Source: an uncultured Verrucomicrobiae bacterium (GTDB taxonomy: Bacteria; Verrucomicrobiota; Verrucomicrobiia; Limisphaerales; Palsa-1400). Taken from it: DNA of 64,000 bases. Location: NCBI GenBank assembly GCA_963813995.1, contig CAWFAZ010000079.1, forward strand, positions 23,236 through 87,235. The letters are read 5' to 3'. The translations under genes were made by a program, and so were the position numbers. Of this stretch, positions 18,964 to 28,292 are shown piece by piece. Each line of letters starts with the position of its first letter. Position 1 is the first letter of the stretch. Under the pieces are notes generated by a model that saw only the letters and a list, made by a program, of their open reading frames with translations, had not been told where the DNA came from and searched no databases.

Positions 18964-19416
18964 TTGTTTGGGATTAGATATTGTCGGCTAATTGCCGAGG
19001 CGCACTATTCCGGGCCACTGCAATCGAATAAGCTCCAAGGGCATTCGGAACTTAGAACGCAAAAGGTGGATTTCAAATCAGAGTCTAATCAAGACTCGAA
19101 AGCGCCACTTGAGCAGGACGCACGGAACATCCTCAGCTACATTTTCCATAATGCCCCGTGCGCTGTAGCCGCAATTAAAAAGCATGTGTTTGATGACAAG
19201 ATTTATAGAGGGGTTGTCCAACACCATTGCAACGAATTGCTAGACCGCAATGGCCCTGAAACATGGCATCACAAAATCACTCGGACAGCAGATCGTGGTC
19301 GGTCGTGGCGGATTTCTATTCCACCGAAAACGTTGAGGAACCTAACTAAGCGCCATTCGCCATTCGGGTCAAACCGTACTATTGACATGTTCATGCTCTT
19401 TTCGCCTTTGGTATAA
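18964..19416 (+). CDS. Hypothetical protein in a lower-GC patch
   Basis: 150-aa ORF with no recognisable motifs. Its composition is visibly more AT-rich than the surroundings. Confidence 0.3.
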   Translation: MFGIRYCRLIAEAHYSGPLQSNKLQGHSELRTQKVDFKSESNQDSKAPLEQDARNILSYIFHNAPCAVAAIKKHVFDDKIYRGVVQHHCNELLDRNGPETWHHKITRTADRGRSWRISIPPKTLRNLTKRHSPFGSNRTIDMFMLFSPLV

Positions 19417-19423
19417 GGCCGCA

Positions 19424-19690
19424 TTAACGGTTTGGCGGGCACCCAGCCGCTGTATTGAGCTGAGACTGAAGGAATTCCTGCTTTATGGCGCGACGAGACG
19501 GCAGACTGACGAAAGTTCTGAAAAACTGCCAGTCGTAGTGCCGGAACCTGACTGAATCCAGCAACATGTTGCTGGTCTGTAGCGGGTCGTGTTGCGGTCT
19601 AACTCGTTGACTATCAATGTTGTAACCGATGTTGCGGGTTTTTCCGGCAAAGAAGGTTAAATCAAATTGGGATGATGCTTTTTTAGCCAC
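19424..19690 (-). CDS. Hypothetical small protein downstream of the HEPN gene
   Basis: 88-aa ORF overlapping the end of 19657..20097 by 34 nt. No family recognised. Confidence 0.3.
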   Translation of the reverse strand: MAKKASSQFDLTFFAGKTRNIGYNIDSQRVRPQHDPLQTSNMLLDSVRFRHYDWQFFRTFVSLPSRRAIKQEFLQSQLNTAAGCPPNR

Positions 19691-20097
19691 GCATCAACTT
19701 CAAGGGAAAAACCTGTGGCGTGCCAAAGAAGCTCTTCCGCCTCGGTGTGGCTGACCACATTGGCCTGTTCGTAAAGAAAATTGTTCCGCTTTCGGCGACA
19801 GGCATCAAAATAAACAGCCTTTTGGGCAAATGCCGGGGCAGCCGCCTTGAGGGCCAAAAAGGTATTGTAATGCCCGCCTCCGTCGCTCTTGACCCGGTAT
19901 CCGCTGGCGCGAGTAATGATATTGGCCAGGATTCTGGCGGCGTCATAGGCATGGCTAAAGCGTCCGTCATCGGAGAGTCCCCTGATTTGCGCGTCGGCAA
20001 GGTTTCGATGAACGACCGCCCGCAAGTCCTTAATCCCGGTCCGGCTTGTCGGTTCCGCCGCGACGCGATTTTCGGCCAGTAATTGCTTCCAAGTCAC
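19657..20097 (-). CDS. HEPN-like toxin partner of the adjacent nucleotidyltransferase
   Basis: 146-aa helical protein located immediately after, and overlapping, a wHTH-NTase gene, which is the usual MNT/HEPN arrangement. The call rests on context and size, not on a clear R-X4-H motif. Confidence 0.55.
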   Translation of the reverse strand: MTWKQLLAENRVAAEPTSRTGIKDLRAVVHRNLADAQIRGLSDDGRFSHAYDAARILANIITRASGYRVKSDGGGHYNTFLALKAAAPAFAQKAVYFDACRRKRNNFLYEQANVVSHTEAEELLWHATGFSLEVDAWLKKHHPNLI

Positions 20098-20668
20098 TAT
20101 TCGATCCTAAAACGAAAAGAAGCGGCTTTCCAAGCACAGACTGGACAAAATGGCTGTTGCGAGCTTTTTGCGAGAATTCCTCGGGAGTGTAAAGGGTGGG
20201 ATTGATCTGCCGCCGCAATTTCCCGGTTGCCTGTTCAAGCAGGGGGGACAAATTGATCATTTTGACGGAGCCAATGATGAGCAAATCAATGTCGCTGCCG
20301 GAAGTTTCCGTGCCGGTGGCAATCGAACCATAAACGGCTGCCACTTTGATTTTTGGGGCGAGCGGGGCCAGTTCGCCATGAAGGACATCAACCAAACCGG
20401 ACGTTTTGATCAACAGGGAGCGCAGTTCTGGAAAAACGGGGCATTCCTCGTTGGCTTGAAAATAGGTGCGGTTTCCGCTCCGGGACATCTTAAGGATGCC
20501 GGCCTGCGTAAACTTTGCCAGATCGCGCTGCAAGGTGGATGGTCTGACGCCAAAATGGTTTGCCAGTTCCGTCGCATAAATCGGCTGATGCGAATTCAAA
20601 AGCAGGGCGGACAGCAGCCTTTGCCGGGTGCTGGAAAAGAGAACGCTGGCGATGGATGATTTACTCAT
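20030..20668 (-). CDS. ArsR-like winged-helix + nucleotidyltransferase (MNT) fusion protein
   Basis: ATG at 20668. The N-terminal RQRLLSALLLNSHQPIYATELANHFGVRPSTLQRDLAKFTQAGIL is a wHTH. YGSIATGTETSGSDIDLLIIG is the minimal NTase motif. Confidence 0.75.
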   Translation of the reverse strand: MSKSSIASVLFSSTRQRLLSALLLNSHQPIYATELANHFGVRPSTLQRDLAKFTQAGILKMSRSGNRTYFQANEECPVFPELRSLLIKTSGLVDVLHGELAPLAPKIKVAAVYGSIATGTETSGSDIDLLIIGSVKMINLSPLLEQATGKLRRQINPTLYTPEEFSQKARNSHFVQSVLGKPLLFVLGSNSDLEAITGRKSRRGGTDKPDRD

Positions 20669-21009
20669 TATGCGTATAATGAAACGCAAAATGCGTAAAT
20701 GTCAAGTGTGTTCCTATGTATCAATCTCGCGCTTCTTGCCATTTTTAGCGGCTTTGCGTTGAAATTGGGAAACGGGTCAGATCCGTCCCTCCCCGTCCCA
20801 CCCGTCCGACTGATCGACGTAAATCCCTCACTGACAACTACTTAATTTAAAAATGCCGAAAATTTCACGGTTTTTTCCGGCGCTTCAAAATGAAAGGCAA
20901 AACCCGCGAAGAATTTTGTCCCACACCCTGAGAGAGGCGAATGGCAATTGGAGTGCTTGACGCCTTCAACCAAGCTTCTAACATCCTGCTGCGTTTGAAC
21001 ACGAAGTTG

Positions 21010-22455
21010 ATGATTCAAAAATTCGCCGTCATTTTTTTCTGTGCCCTGGCCCTTCCGGCACCCGGTCAAGAAGAGGACGGCGTGGTGGCAGGACCGCTTT
21101 TCTCGGAATTCCCGTTGACACTGTCATCGGGATATCGATGTGAGGCGGCCGGCCCATTGTTTTATTCCCAGCAATCTGAATCGCAGCGGCAATGGGCCTT
21201 GCCTCCGTTGTGTTGTTACACGCGGACGCCGGAGGTGGATTGGACTGAAATGGAAATCCTCTATCCCATCATCAGTTACCGCCGGTTCGGAGGGGAATAT
21301 CGGCTGCAAATAGTGGAATTTTTCAGTTTTTCCGGGGGCCGGGCGTCCTTGGAAACCGGGGTGCGGCGATTCACGATATTTCCGTTTTATTTCCGGCAGC
21401 GCTCGCCGGATACGAACCTGAATTATACGGCGGTTATGCCGTTTTACGGCGATCTGAAGAACCGGTTGTTTCGTGATGAAACGAAACTTGTCATGTTTCC
21501 GCTTTATTCGGAAACGCGCAAAAGGGACGTGGTCACGGACAATTACCTTTACCCGTTTTTTGACGTGCGCCGCGGCGATCACTTGACAGGCTGGCAATTC
21601 TGGCCTGTCGCCGGCGTCGAGCACAAAACGCCCTTCCTGCGGACCAACTCGCTGGATGAAGTGGAAACCGTGGGCGGCTACGACAAGTATTTTGCCGCCT
21701 GGCCGTTTTATTTCAAGAGCAGGACCGGCTTGGGCACAACCAACGAGGAAGCGAGCCTGACGGTGGTTCCATTTTACAGTCACACGCAGTCGGCGACGCG
21801 CGACGAAACGTCCTACGGCTGGCCGCTGGGTTGCAACGTGATCGAAGACAGGGGAAAAAAGTGTGTTGAACACGATATTCTCTGGCCGCTCTTCGTGGTG
21901 GCGCGCGGGGAAAGGAGGGTGACGCGCGTCTTCCCGTTTTACAGCCGGGCCAGCAATCCCGATTTGGAAAGCGTTTTCTATCTCTGGCCGGTTTACAAAT
22001 TCAACCGGTTGAAATCCGCCCCGCTGGAGCGGCGGCGGACCCGCATCCTGTTTTTCCTCTACTCCGACATGGTTGAAACAAACACCGAATCGGGCGCCCG
22101 GTTTCAGCGGACGGATTTTTGGCCGTTCTACACCTGTCACCGGGATACTGAGGGCGGGGAGCGGTGGCAGGCTTTCGCTCTTTTGGAGCCGTTTTTTCCC
22201 AACAACCGCAGCATAACGCGCGAGTATTCGCAAGCCTGGTCCGTCTGGCGTTGTGAAAAAAACCACAAGAGCGGCGCGGCCAGCCAGTCGCTGGTCTGGA
22301 ATCTTTACCGCCGCGAAGAGACGCCGCGGTCGAAAAAATGCTCGCTCTTGTTTGGTGTTTTCCAGTATCAATCAGGGGCGGAAGGCCGGCGCTGGCGCGT
22401 CTGTCATGTGACCGTGGGAAAAAAGACGGCGCGCGCCGCCGCGCCTGAATCGTGA
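21010..22455 (+). CDS. Secreted repeat protein (recurrent aromatic-Pro-Phe-Tyr repeats), first gene of the mla cluster
   Basis: Internal ATG at 21010 gives the signal peptide MIQKFAVIFFCALALPAPGQ. There are more than eight FPFY/WPFY/VPFYS/FPLYS repeats. The stop overlaps the mlaE start. Confidence 0.65.
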   Translation: MIQKFAVIFFCALALPAPGQEEDGVVAGPLFSEFPLTLSSGYRCEAAGPLFYSQQSESQRQWALPPLCCYTRTPEVDWTEMEILYPIISYRRFGGEYRLQIVEFFSFSGGRASLETGVRRFTIFPFYFRQRSPDTNLNYTAVMPFYGDLKNRLFRDETKLVMFPLYSETRKRDVVTDNYLYPFFDVRRGDHLTGWQFWPVAGVEHKTPFLRTNSLDEVETVGGYDKYFAAWPFYFKSRTGLGTTNEEASLTVVPFYSHTQSATRDETSYGWPLGCNVIEDRGKKCVEHDILWPLFVVARGERRVTRVFPFYSRASNPDLESVFYLWPVYKFNRLKSAPLERRRTRILFFLYSDMVETNTESGARFQRTDFWPFYTCHRDTEGGERWQAFALLEPFFPNNRSITREYSQAWSVWRCEKNHKSGAASQSLVWNLYRREETPRSKKCSLLFGVFQYQSGAEGRRWRVCHVTVGKKTARAAAPES

Positions 22456-23201
22456 TGTTCCAACATATCGGAGAAATCATAGAGTTGTTTTGGCGGACGC
22501 TCCAGGCGCTGCCGCTGTGCTGGCGCCAACGCGGGAAGATTTTTTATCAACTCTTCGAGATTGGCAATGTCAGCCTTTTCATGGTGTGCATTCTCTCGCT
22601 TTTTATCGCGGGCGTGGTTGCCTTGCAAACCGGGCCGGTCATGGTTTCACACGGCTTGGGCGCGGTGGTCGGCGGGATGATTGGCCTTTCCATGTGCAAA
22701 GAATTCGCGCCGGTCATGATGTCCATCCTGATTGCCGGACGCATCGGTTCGGCCATGGCCGCGGAAATCGGCGCCATGCGGGTCTATCAGGAGATTGACG
22801 CTTTGCGCACGATGAATATCAATCCGGTCCATTATCTCGTGTTGCCGCGGATGGTCGCCATTGCGCTGGCCCTGCCGGCCCTGGTCATGTTTTCCATTCC
22901 CGTCGGCTGGTTTGGCGGGGCGCTCGTTTCGGCTCTTAACCAGCGGATCGGCATCAGCTTTGACGCTTTTTTCCACAGCCTGCGCGACGAAGTTGATCCG
23001 GGGGACATTTTTAACGGGATATTCAAGTCATTCATTTTCGCCCTGGCCATTGGCATCATCTCCTGCCATCAGGGCTTGGTGACCCGCGGCGGCCCGCGCG
23101 CCATTGGCCGGAGCGTGACCAAGGCGGTGGTGAATTCCATCGTGGTGATATTGATCCTGGATTACTTCCTGACACGCATTTTGCTCTACGTCCAAAAATG
23201 A
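22452..23201 (+). CDS. mlaE: MlaE-type ABC transporter permease
   Basis: 249-aa polytopic protein with the MlaE-like pattern (EIGAMRVYQEIDALRTMNINPV). The start and stop overlap the neighbouring genes. Confidence 0.9.
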   Translation: MMFQHIGEIIELFWRTLQALPLCWRQRGKIFYQLFEIGNVSLFMVCILSLFIAGVVALQTGPVMVSHGLGAVVGGMIGLSMCKEFAPVMMSILIAGRIGSAMAAEIGAMRVYQEIDALRTMNINPVHYLVLPRMVAIALALPALVMFSIPVGWFGGALVSALNQRIGISFDAFFHSLRDEVDPGDIFNGIFKSFIFALAIGIISCHQGLVTRGGPRAIGRSVTKAVVNSIVVILILDYFLTRILLYVQK

Positions 23202-23971
23202 GCGCCGCCCCCAGCCAACTGGAAAAAGTGAGCGTCGAAGTGCGCGGCCTGCGCAAGAGCTTCGACAGTTTGGAGGTGTTGAAGGGCATCAGTTTCAAAG
23301 TCAATCCGGGTGAAATTTTTGTCATCATGGGGCCGAGCGGCAGCGGCAAGAGCGTTTTGCTCAGGCACATTATCGGTTTGGAAACGCCGGACGCCGGGGA
23401 AATCCTCATCCAGGGCGAGCCGGTGGGGGCGGGTGGGGTGCGCGACAAATACCGCATGGCCATGGTTTTTCAGTCCTCCGCGTTGCTGACCTCGTTGAGC
23501 GTGGGTGAAAACGTCGGACTTTATCTGACTGAACACCTTCTCAAAACGCCCGCGGAAATCGCCGCCATTGTGGCCAGCAAGCTCGAGGCGGTCGGCTTGC
23601 AAGGGCTGGAGGACCGCGCGCCCGGCGAGCTTTCCGGCGGCATGCAAAAACGGGTGGCCATTGCCCGCGCGCTGGTCATGGAGCCGCAATTATTTTTGTT
23701 TGACGAACCGACGGCCGAGTTGGACCCGCCCATGGCCGTGACCATTGACGAGGAGATTTTGAAGCTGAAGAACCGCACCCACGCCACCTCGATCATCGTG
23801 ACCCACGACCGCACGCTGGCCTTCAGCCTGGCGGACCGGGTGGCGATGATTTTCGACGGCCAAATAGTGTTTATCGGCACGCCGGACGAAGTGAAGCGGC
23901 AGGCCGATCCCCGCGTCCAGGGATTTATCAACGCCAAACCGCCAACCTCCAAACCACCTTTAATGCCATGA
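23198..23971 (+). CDS. mlaF: MlaF-type ABC transporter ATP-binding protein
   Basis: Walker A GPSGSGKS, signature LSGGMQKRVAIARA and Walker B LFLFDEP. Confidence 0.9.
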   Translation: MSAAPSQLEKVSVEVRGLRKSFDSLEVLKGISFKVNPGEIFVIMGPSGSGKSVLLRHIIGLETPDAGEILIQGEPVGAGGVRDKYRMAMVFQSSALLTSLSVGENVGLYLTEHLLKTPAEIAAIVASKLEAVGLQGLEDRAPGELSGGMQKRVAIARALVMEPQLFLFDEPTAELDPPMAVTIDEEILKLKNRTHATSIIVTHDRTLAFSLADRVAMIFDGQIVFIGTPDEVKRQADPRVQGFINAKPPTSKPPLMP

Positions 23972-24960
23972 AAGATTCAGTTGAAAGCAAATTGGGAATG
24001 TTTTTCGCCTTTGCCATAATCGCCTTGCTGGTGATTTTGGAATTCGCCGGCGGATACGATTACTTCAAACGCGGCTACCGTCTGCACGCCCTCTTCAAAA
24101 ACGTCCAGGAACTCAAAACGGGCGACTTTGTCAAGATGGCCGGCGTTCAAGTCGGACGCGTCGAGAGCATCGTCCTGACCAACGGCCTGGCCGACGTGAC
24201 CATGAATTTGCAAAGGACCGCCGAGGTGAAAACCGACAGCAAGGCGGGCCTCAAGTTCACCGGTCTCATGGCCCAAAACTTCGTGGCGATTGAATTCGGC
24301 ACACCCGGCGGCGTGCGGGCGGAGGATGGGGCGTACTTGCAGACCATCGAGCAGCCTGACTTGAGCGTGCTCATGGGCAAATTGGACAATGTGGCCACAG
24401 GGGTGGAGAACCTGACCCGGAGTTTCAGCGGCGAAAGAATTGACAACCTCCTCGGTCCGATCACGGATTTCCTCAAGAACAACCAGACCAACCTCAGCGC
24501 CACCATCGCCAATGTCAAAACGGTGTCGCAACGCATCGCCAACGGCCAGGGAACAGTCGGCAAATTGATCAACGAAGACACGCTTTACGTTTCCGCCCTG
24601 CACACGGTGAGCAATTTGGAAAACAGCGCCACGAACATACAGGGCCTGGCCGACCAGGCGCGTTTGCTGGTGACCAACATCAACCACACCGTCACCCGCA
24701 TCAATTCGGGCGAGGGGACCATTGGCAAACTGTTGAAGGACGACACTCTCTACGTCGAAACGACCGGCTCGATGACCAACCTGCACCAGATTTTGCTGAA
24801 GATCAATCACGGCCAGGGCACCGTCGGCCAACTGATCAACGACGACAGCACGTTAAAAAACATCAAGGTTTCCATGCAAAAACTGGACAAGGCGACCGAG
24901 AGCCTGGAAGACACAGGCCCGTTGAGCGTGCTGGGATCGATGGTCAGCACTCTGTTTTAG
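23968..24960 (+). CDS. mlaD: MlaD/MCE-domain substrate-binding protein
   Basis: An N-terminal TM segment, then an MCE-like domain (LKTGDFVKMAGVQVGRVESI) and repeated GQGTVGKLINDD segments. Confidence 0.85.
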   Translation: MKDSVESKLGMFFAFAIIALLVILEFAGGYDYFKRGYRLHALFKNVQELKTGDFVKMAGVQVGRVESIVLTNGLADVTMNLQRTAEVKTDSKAGLKFTGLMAQNFVAIEFGTPGGVRAEDGAYLQTIEQPDLSVLMGKLDNVATGVENLTRSFSGERIDNLLGPITDFLKNNQTNLSATIANVKTVSQRIANGQGTVGKLINEDTLYVSALHTVSNLENSATNIQGLADQARLLVTNINHTVTRINSGEGTIGKLLKDDTLYVETTGSMTNLHQILLKINHGQGTVGQLINDDSTLKNIKVSMQKLDKATESLEDTGPLSVLGSMVSTLF

Positions 24961-25118
24961 TCCCGCTCTTACAAATTCTCAAGAAAACCCGCCCAAAAAA
25001 ACAGTGAAAAATTCACGGCTGTGGTTTTTCCCTGATGTCTGATGGCTGTGATAATTTGTTGCAACTGCTTTATCTTGTGATGTTTGCGGCTTGCGCCGTT
25101 TTTTCTTGACATTATTTC

Positions 25119-25604
25119 TTGTTGACAATCATTTGGGTTTGCCCTCTCTTCTCTCCATTCAGCCCTCTCTTTCGGGCCGCCGAGCGCGAGATGGGCTGGT
25201 TGCGCCAGCAAATCCGGGCCGCGCGGAAAAAACCCGCCGCGCAACAGGACGACGAACTGGAGCGTCTCGGCAAAACCTTTGATGACAAAGAAAAGCCCAC
25301 ATTCGTCCGGCAACTGGATTTTGCGGAGGCCCGCCGCGAGGCGCAGCATTTCTGGCTGCATCCGGGCCGCATTGAAGATGTTCTGGATTTCCTGGCCGCG
25401 AGCGGGCAGGAGCATGCCATCAGTTTCCTCTGGCGGCCGTTTCTGAACGACCCCAATGATGATTTCATTTTGGAACTCGCCGTCGCCGCCAATGCGCGCT
25501 ATATTGTGACGCATAATTTGAGAAACTTCGCGGGAGTAGAGAGCTTCGGCTTGGAAGCGATCTCTCCGGCGGTAATGCTGTTGAAACTGCAAGAAAAGAA
25601 ATGA
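25119..25604 (+). pseudogene. PIN_3-type toxin, C-terminal half only (N-terminal catalytic part replaced)
   Basis: ...FLWRPFLNDPNDDFILELAVAANARYIVTHNLRNF is the conserved C-terminal half of PIN_3 toxins. The upstream part of the ORF lacks the DTNV-type N-terminus. Confidence 0.45.
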
Positions 25605-25605
25605 C

Positions 25606-25866
25606 ATGAAGACCATTGAAGCCCAAATCCCGGAGCCGGTGCTCAAACAGGCGCAGGAACTGGCGGCGCGCGAGCACATCCCGCTGGAGCAGATCATCAG
25701 CCTCGCGGGCAGTCAGGCAGTCGGGGTATGGAGCAACGAGAGCTACATCGCCTTGCGCGCCAAACGCGCCAGCCGGGGGAAGTTCCTGGACGCGCTCAAG
25801 GAAGTGCCTGATGTCGAGCCGCCGGATTTCGACCGTCTGCCGGAAGGTTATGAACGAGCAGATTGA
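25606..25866 (+). CDS. Small antitoxin-like protein
   Basis: 86 aa, MKTIEAQIPEPVLKQAQELAAREHIPLEQIISLA.... The size and adjacency to the PIN remnant suggest an antitoxin. The assignment is tentative. Confidence 0.45.
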   Translation: MKTIEAQIPEPVLKQAQELAAREHIPLEQIISLAGSQAVGVWSNESYIALRAKRASRGKFLDALKEVPDVEPPDFDRLPEGYERAD

Positions 25867-26108
25867 TGCCCACGCACGACATCATAGACAATCGCAAGGA
25901 AAAGCTGGTTGACCACATCAATCGCATCCTGTCCTCAACGGAGTCGGCGCGGTTTGCGGTCGGCTATTTTTTTCTGTCCGGGCTGGAGAGCATCGCACGG
26001 CGGCTGGCGGGGGTGGCGGGTTGGGAGGCGGAAATCAACGAGAGGGTGGCCCGGCTCTACGGGCTGACGGCGGAGGAGATCAAAATCGTGGAGGGGGCCA
26101 CGAAATGA
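25866..26108 (+). pseudogene. Chimeric remnant: N-terminus of a PLD-domain helicase-type defence protein fused to a methyltransferase-type C-terminal tail
   Basis: MPTHDIIDNRKEKLVDHINRILSSTESARFAVGYFFLSGLESIARRLAGV is typical of the N-terminus of PLD-helicase restriction-like proteins. It is followed directly by WEAEINERVARLYGLTAEEIKIVEGA, typical of the C-terminus of type IIG/BREX-like methyltransferases. Only 80 aa in total. Confidence 0.5.
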
Positions 26109-27133
26109 AGCCGGAACCCAAATCCGAGATCATTCTCTACCAAACGGAGGACAACCAGACGCGCATCGAAGTGCGCCTGGAGAACGAGACGGTCTGGCTG
26201 ACGCAGAAGCTCATGGCGGAGCTTTTCCAGAAGGATGTCCGCACCATCAACGAACACATCCAGAATATTTTCGAGGAGCGCGAGTTGTCGCCGGATTCAG
26301 TTATCCGGGAATACCGGATAACTGCCGCGGACGGCAAGTCCTATGAAACGCGGCACTATAATCTCGACGTGGTCATTGCCGTCGGCTACCGGGTCAAATC
26401 CCTGCGCGGCACACAGTTCCGTATTTGGGCCACGCAACGGTTGCGGGAATACATTGTCAAGGGTTTCACGCTGGATGACGAGCGGTTGAAGCAGGGCGGG
26501 ACCAAAAGCGAGTATTACGATGAACTGCTCCAGCGCATCCGGGAAATCCGGCTGTCGGAACGGAACTTCCACCGCAAAATATGCGACATCTACCAGACCA
26601 GCATTGATTACGATCCAAGCGCCGAACTGACGCAGTTGTTCTTTCAGACCGTGCAAAACAAAATGCACTGGGCCGCGCATGGACAGACTGCGGCGGAAGT
26701 GATTCACAAACGGGCCAACGCCATGAAGCCGCACATGGGGCTGACCTCGTGGAAAGGGGCAAAGGTGCGAAAGCCGGATGTGGCCATCGCAAAAAATTAT
26801 TTGCAAGAGGAGGAGTTGAAGAAATTGAGCCTGATCGTGACGCAATATCTGGATTTTGCCGAGTTGCAGGCGATGGAGCGCCGTCCGATGACGATGCGCG
26901 ACTGGATTGCGAAACTGGACGCCTTTCTGCGCGCCGGCGACCGTGAAATCCTGGAACACGCGGGGAGCATTTCCGCCGAGGAGGCGAAGCGGAAGGCGGA
27001 ACAGGAGTTCGAGACATTTGACCGGCAACGCCGCCTTCTGGATGACGCCAGGGCCGACGCGCAATTTGCGCAAGAAGTCGAAAGCCTGGCGAAGAAAGCA
27101 AAGCTGCTCAAACCGCCAAAGCGGAAGAAATGA
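26105..27133 (+). CDS. RhuM-family virulence/DNA-binding protein
   Basis: ATG at 26105 (ATGA overlap). EIILYQTEDNQTRIEVRLENETVWLTQKLMAELFQKDVRTINEHIQNIF...YNLDVVIAVGYRVKSLRGTQFRIWATQRLREYIVKGF matches the RhuM family. Confidence 0.85.
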   Translation: MKPEPKSEIILYQTEDNQTRIEVRLENETVWLTQKLMAELFQKDVRTINEHIQNIFEERELSPDSVIREYRITAADGKSYETRHYNLDVVIAVGYRVKSLRGTQFRIWATQRLREYIVKGFTLDDERLKQGGTKSEYYDELLQRIREIRLSERNFHRKICDIYQTSIDYDPSAELTQLFFQTVQNKMHWAAHGQTAAEVIHKRANAMKPHMGLTSWKGAKVRKPDVAIAKNYLQEEELKKLSLIVTQYLDFAELQAMERRPMTMRDWIAKLDAFLRAGDREILEHAGSISAEEAKRKAEQEFETFDRQRRLLDDARADAQFAQEVESLAKKAKLLKPPKRKK

Positions 27134-27140
27134 AAACGAA

Positions 27141-27377
27141 ATGCCCACTCACGACATCATAGACAACCGCAAGGAAAAGCTGGTCTGCCACATCAACCGG
27201 ATTCTGTCGTCCACGGAGTCGGCACGGTTTGCGGTGGGTTGTTTTTTCCTTTCCGGGCTGGAGAGCATCGCGAAGCGGCTGGCGGGCGTGAAGGAGTTGC
27301 GGCTGCTCTCTCCTGAGAAGAATTGCGGACAGGATGAACTCTCTTCCAAACATGCAATGCCCTGTCCATCTTGTTAA
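27141..27377 (+). pseudogene. Second truncated copy of the PLD-helicase N-terminus
   Basis: MPTHDIIDNRKEKLVCHINRILSSTESARFAVGCFFLSGLESIAKRLAGVKELRLL then unrelated residues and a stop. It is a diverged direct repeat of 25866-26012. Confidence 0.55.
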
Positions 27378-27382
27378 TCCTG

Positions 27383-28135
27383 TCAAATCCCCTGCGGATT
27401 GGGAACCGATGGCGTTCTTCCGAAATGGATGCTCATGGCCCCGCCCAACAAATGGCGCACTTGAATATCACGGCAATGCAGCGCTTCCATTTTGGCGGCG
27501 ACACCGCGCTGGGCCGGGTAATCGCGCAATGATTCGAAAATGTAGGCGTGCGTGGCCGCATCTTTGCAGATGACTTTTCCGAAGAGCGGCACAAGGAATT
27601 TCAGGCAGGCAAAATAAATGATCCGCCATGCCTTGTTTTCCGGCTTGCCGAAATCCAGCACCAGCACCCGACCGCCCGGACGGGCCACCCGCGCCATTTC
27701 CTCCAACCCGCGTTCCCAACTGGCCAGGTTGCGCAGCCCGTAGCCAATCGTCACCACATCGAACGAACCATCGGCAAAGGGGATTTTGAGGGCGTCGGCA
27801 CAAAGAAATTGCAGCCGTGCCGGGCCAGCGGCGCCGCCGGCTTTTTTGGCGCGCTCCTGCGCCACGGCCAGCATGGCGGGGCTGAAGTCAATTCCGACCA
27901 CGTCGGCCCCGGCCGCCTGCAAGGCAAAGGCGATGTCGCCGGTGCCGCAACAAAGGTCCAGCGCGCGGTCGCCGGGCTTGATGTCAGCCATTTTGAGGAG
28001 CGCCCGCTTCCAGCGCCTGTGCAAACCGAGGCTCTGCAAATCATTGATGAGATCGTAGCGCGGGGCGACGGCGGCAAAGAGGTCTCCCACTTTGGCGGCC
28101 CGTTGCTCTCCCGGCTGATAGAATTTATTGCTCAT
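27383..28135 (-). CDS. ubiE: Demethylmenaquinone/ubiquinone methyltransferase UbiE/MenG
   Basis: ATG at 28135. VAPRYDLINDLQSLGLHRRWKR..., the LDLCCGTGD SAM motif and YGLRNL are present. Confidence 0.85.
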   Translation of the reverse strand: MSNKFYQPGEQRAAKVGDLFAAVAPRYDLINDLQSLGLHRRWKRALLKMADIKPGDRALDLCCGTGDIAFALQAAGADVVGIDFSPAMLAVAQERAKKAGGAAGPARLQFLCADALKIPFADGSFDVVTIGYGLRNLASWERGLEEMARVARPGGRVLVLDFGKPENKAWRIIYFACLKFLVPLFGKVICKDAATHAYIFESLRDYPAQRGVAAKMEALHCRDIQVRHLLGGAMSIHFGRTPSVPNPQGI

Positions 28136-28292
28136 GCGGCAAAGTCCAACCTGGTGATGATGCGCCCGCCGCGCCGGCGGGGGAAAGTTTATAACGGTTG
28201 CGGATAAGGGCTTGACTCGGAGAGGGGTTGGGCGCAGAACATTCGCCGACACAGGCAATATGAATTTAATGACCACCAGCAAAAGGACTGAT

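Noticed and set aside
24969-25697. 242-aa minus-strand ORF between mlaD and the antitoxin-like gene
   Set aside because: It has no motifs. It overlaps the plus-strand PIN_3 remnant, whose C-terminal half is recognisable, and it is probably a chance ORF.
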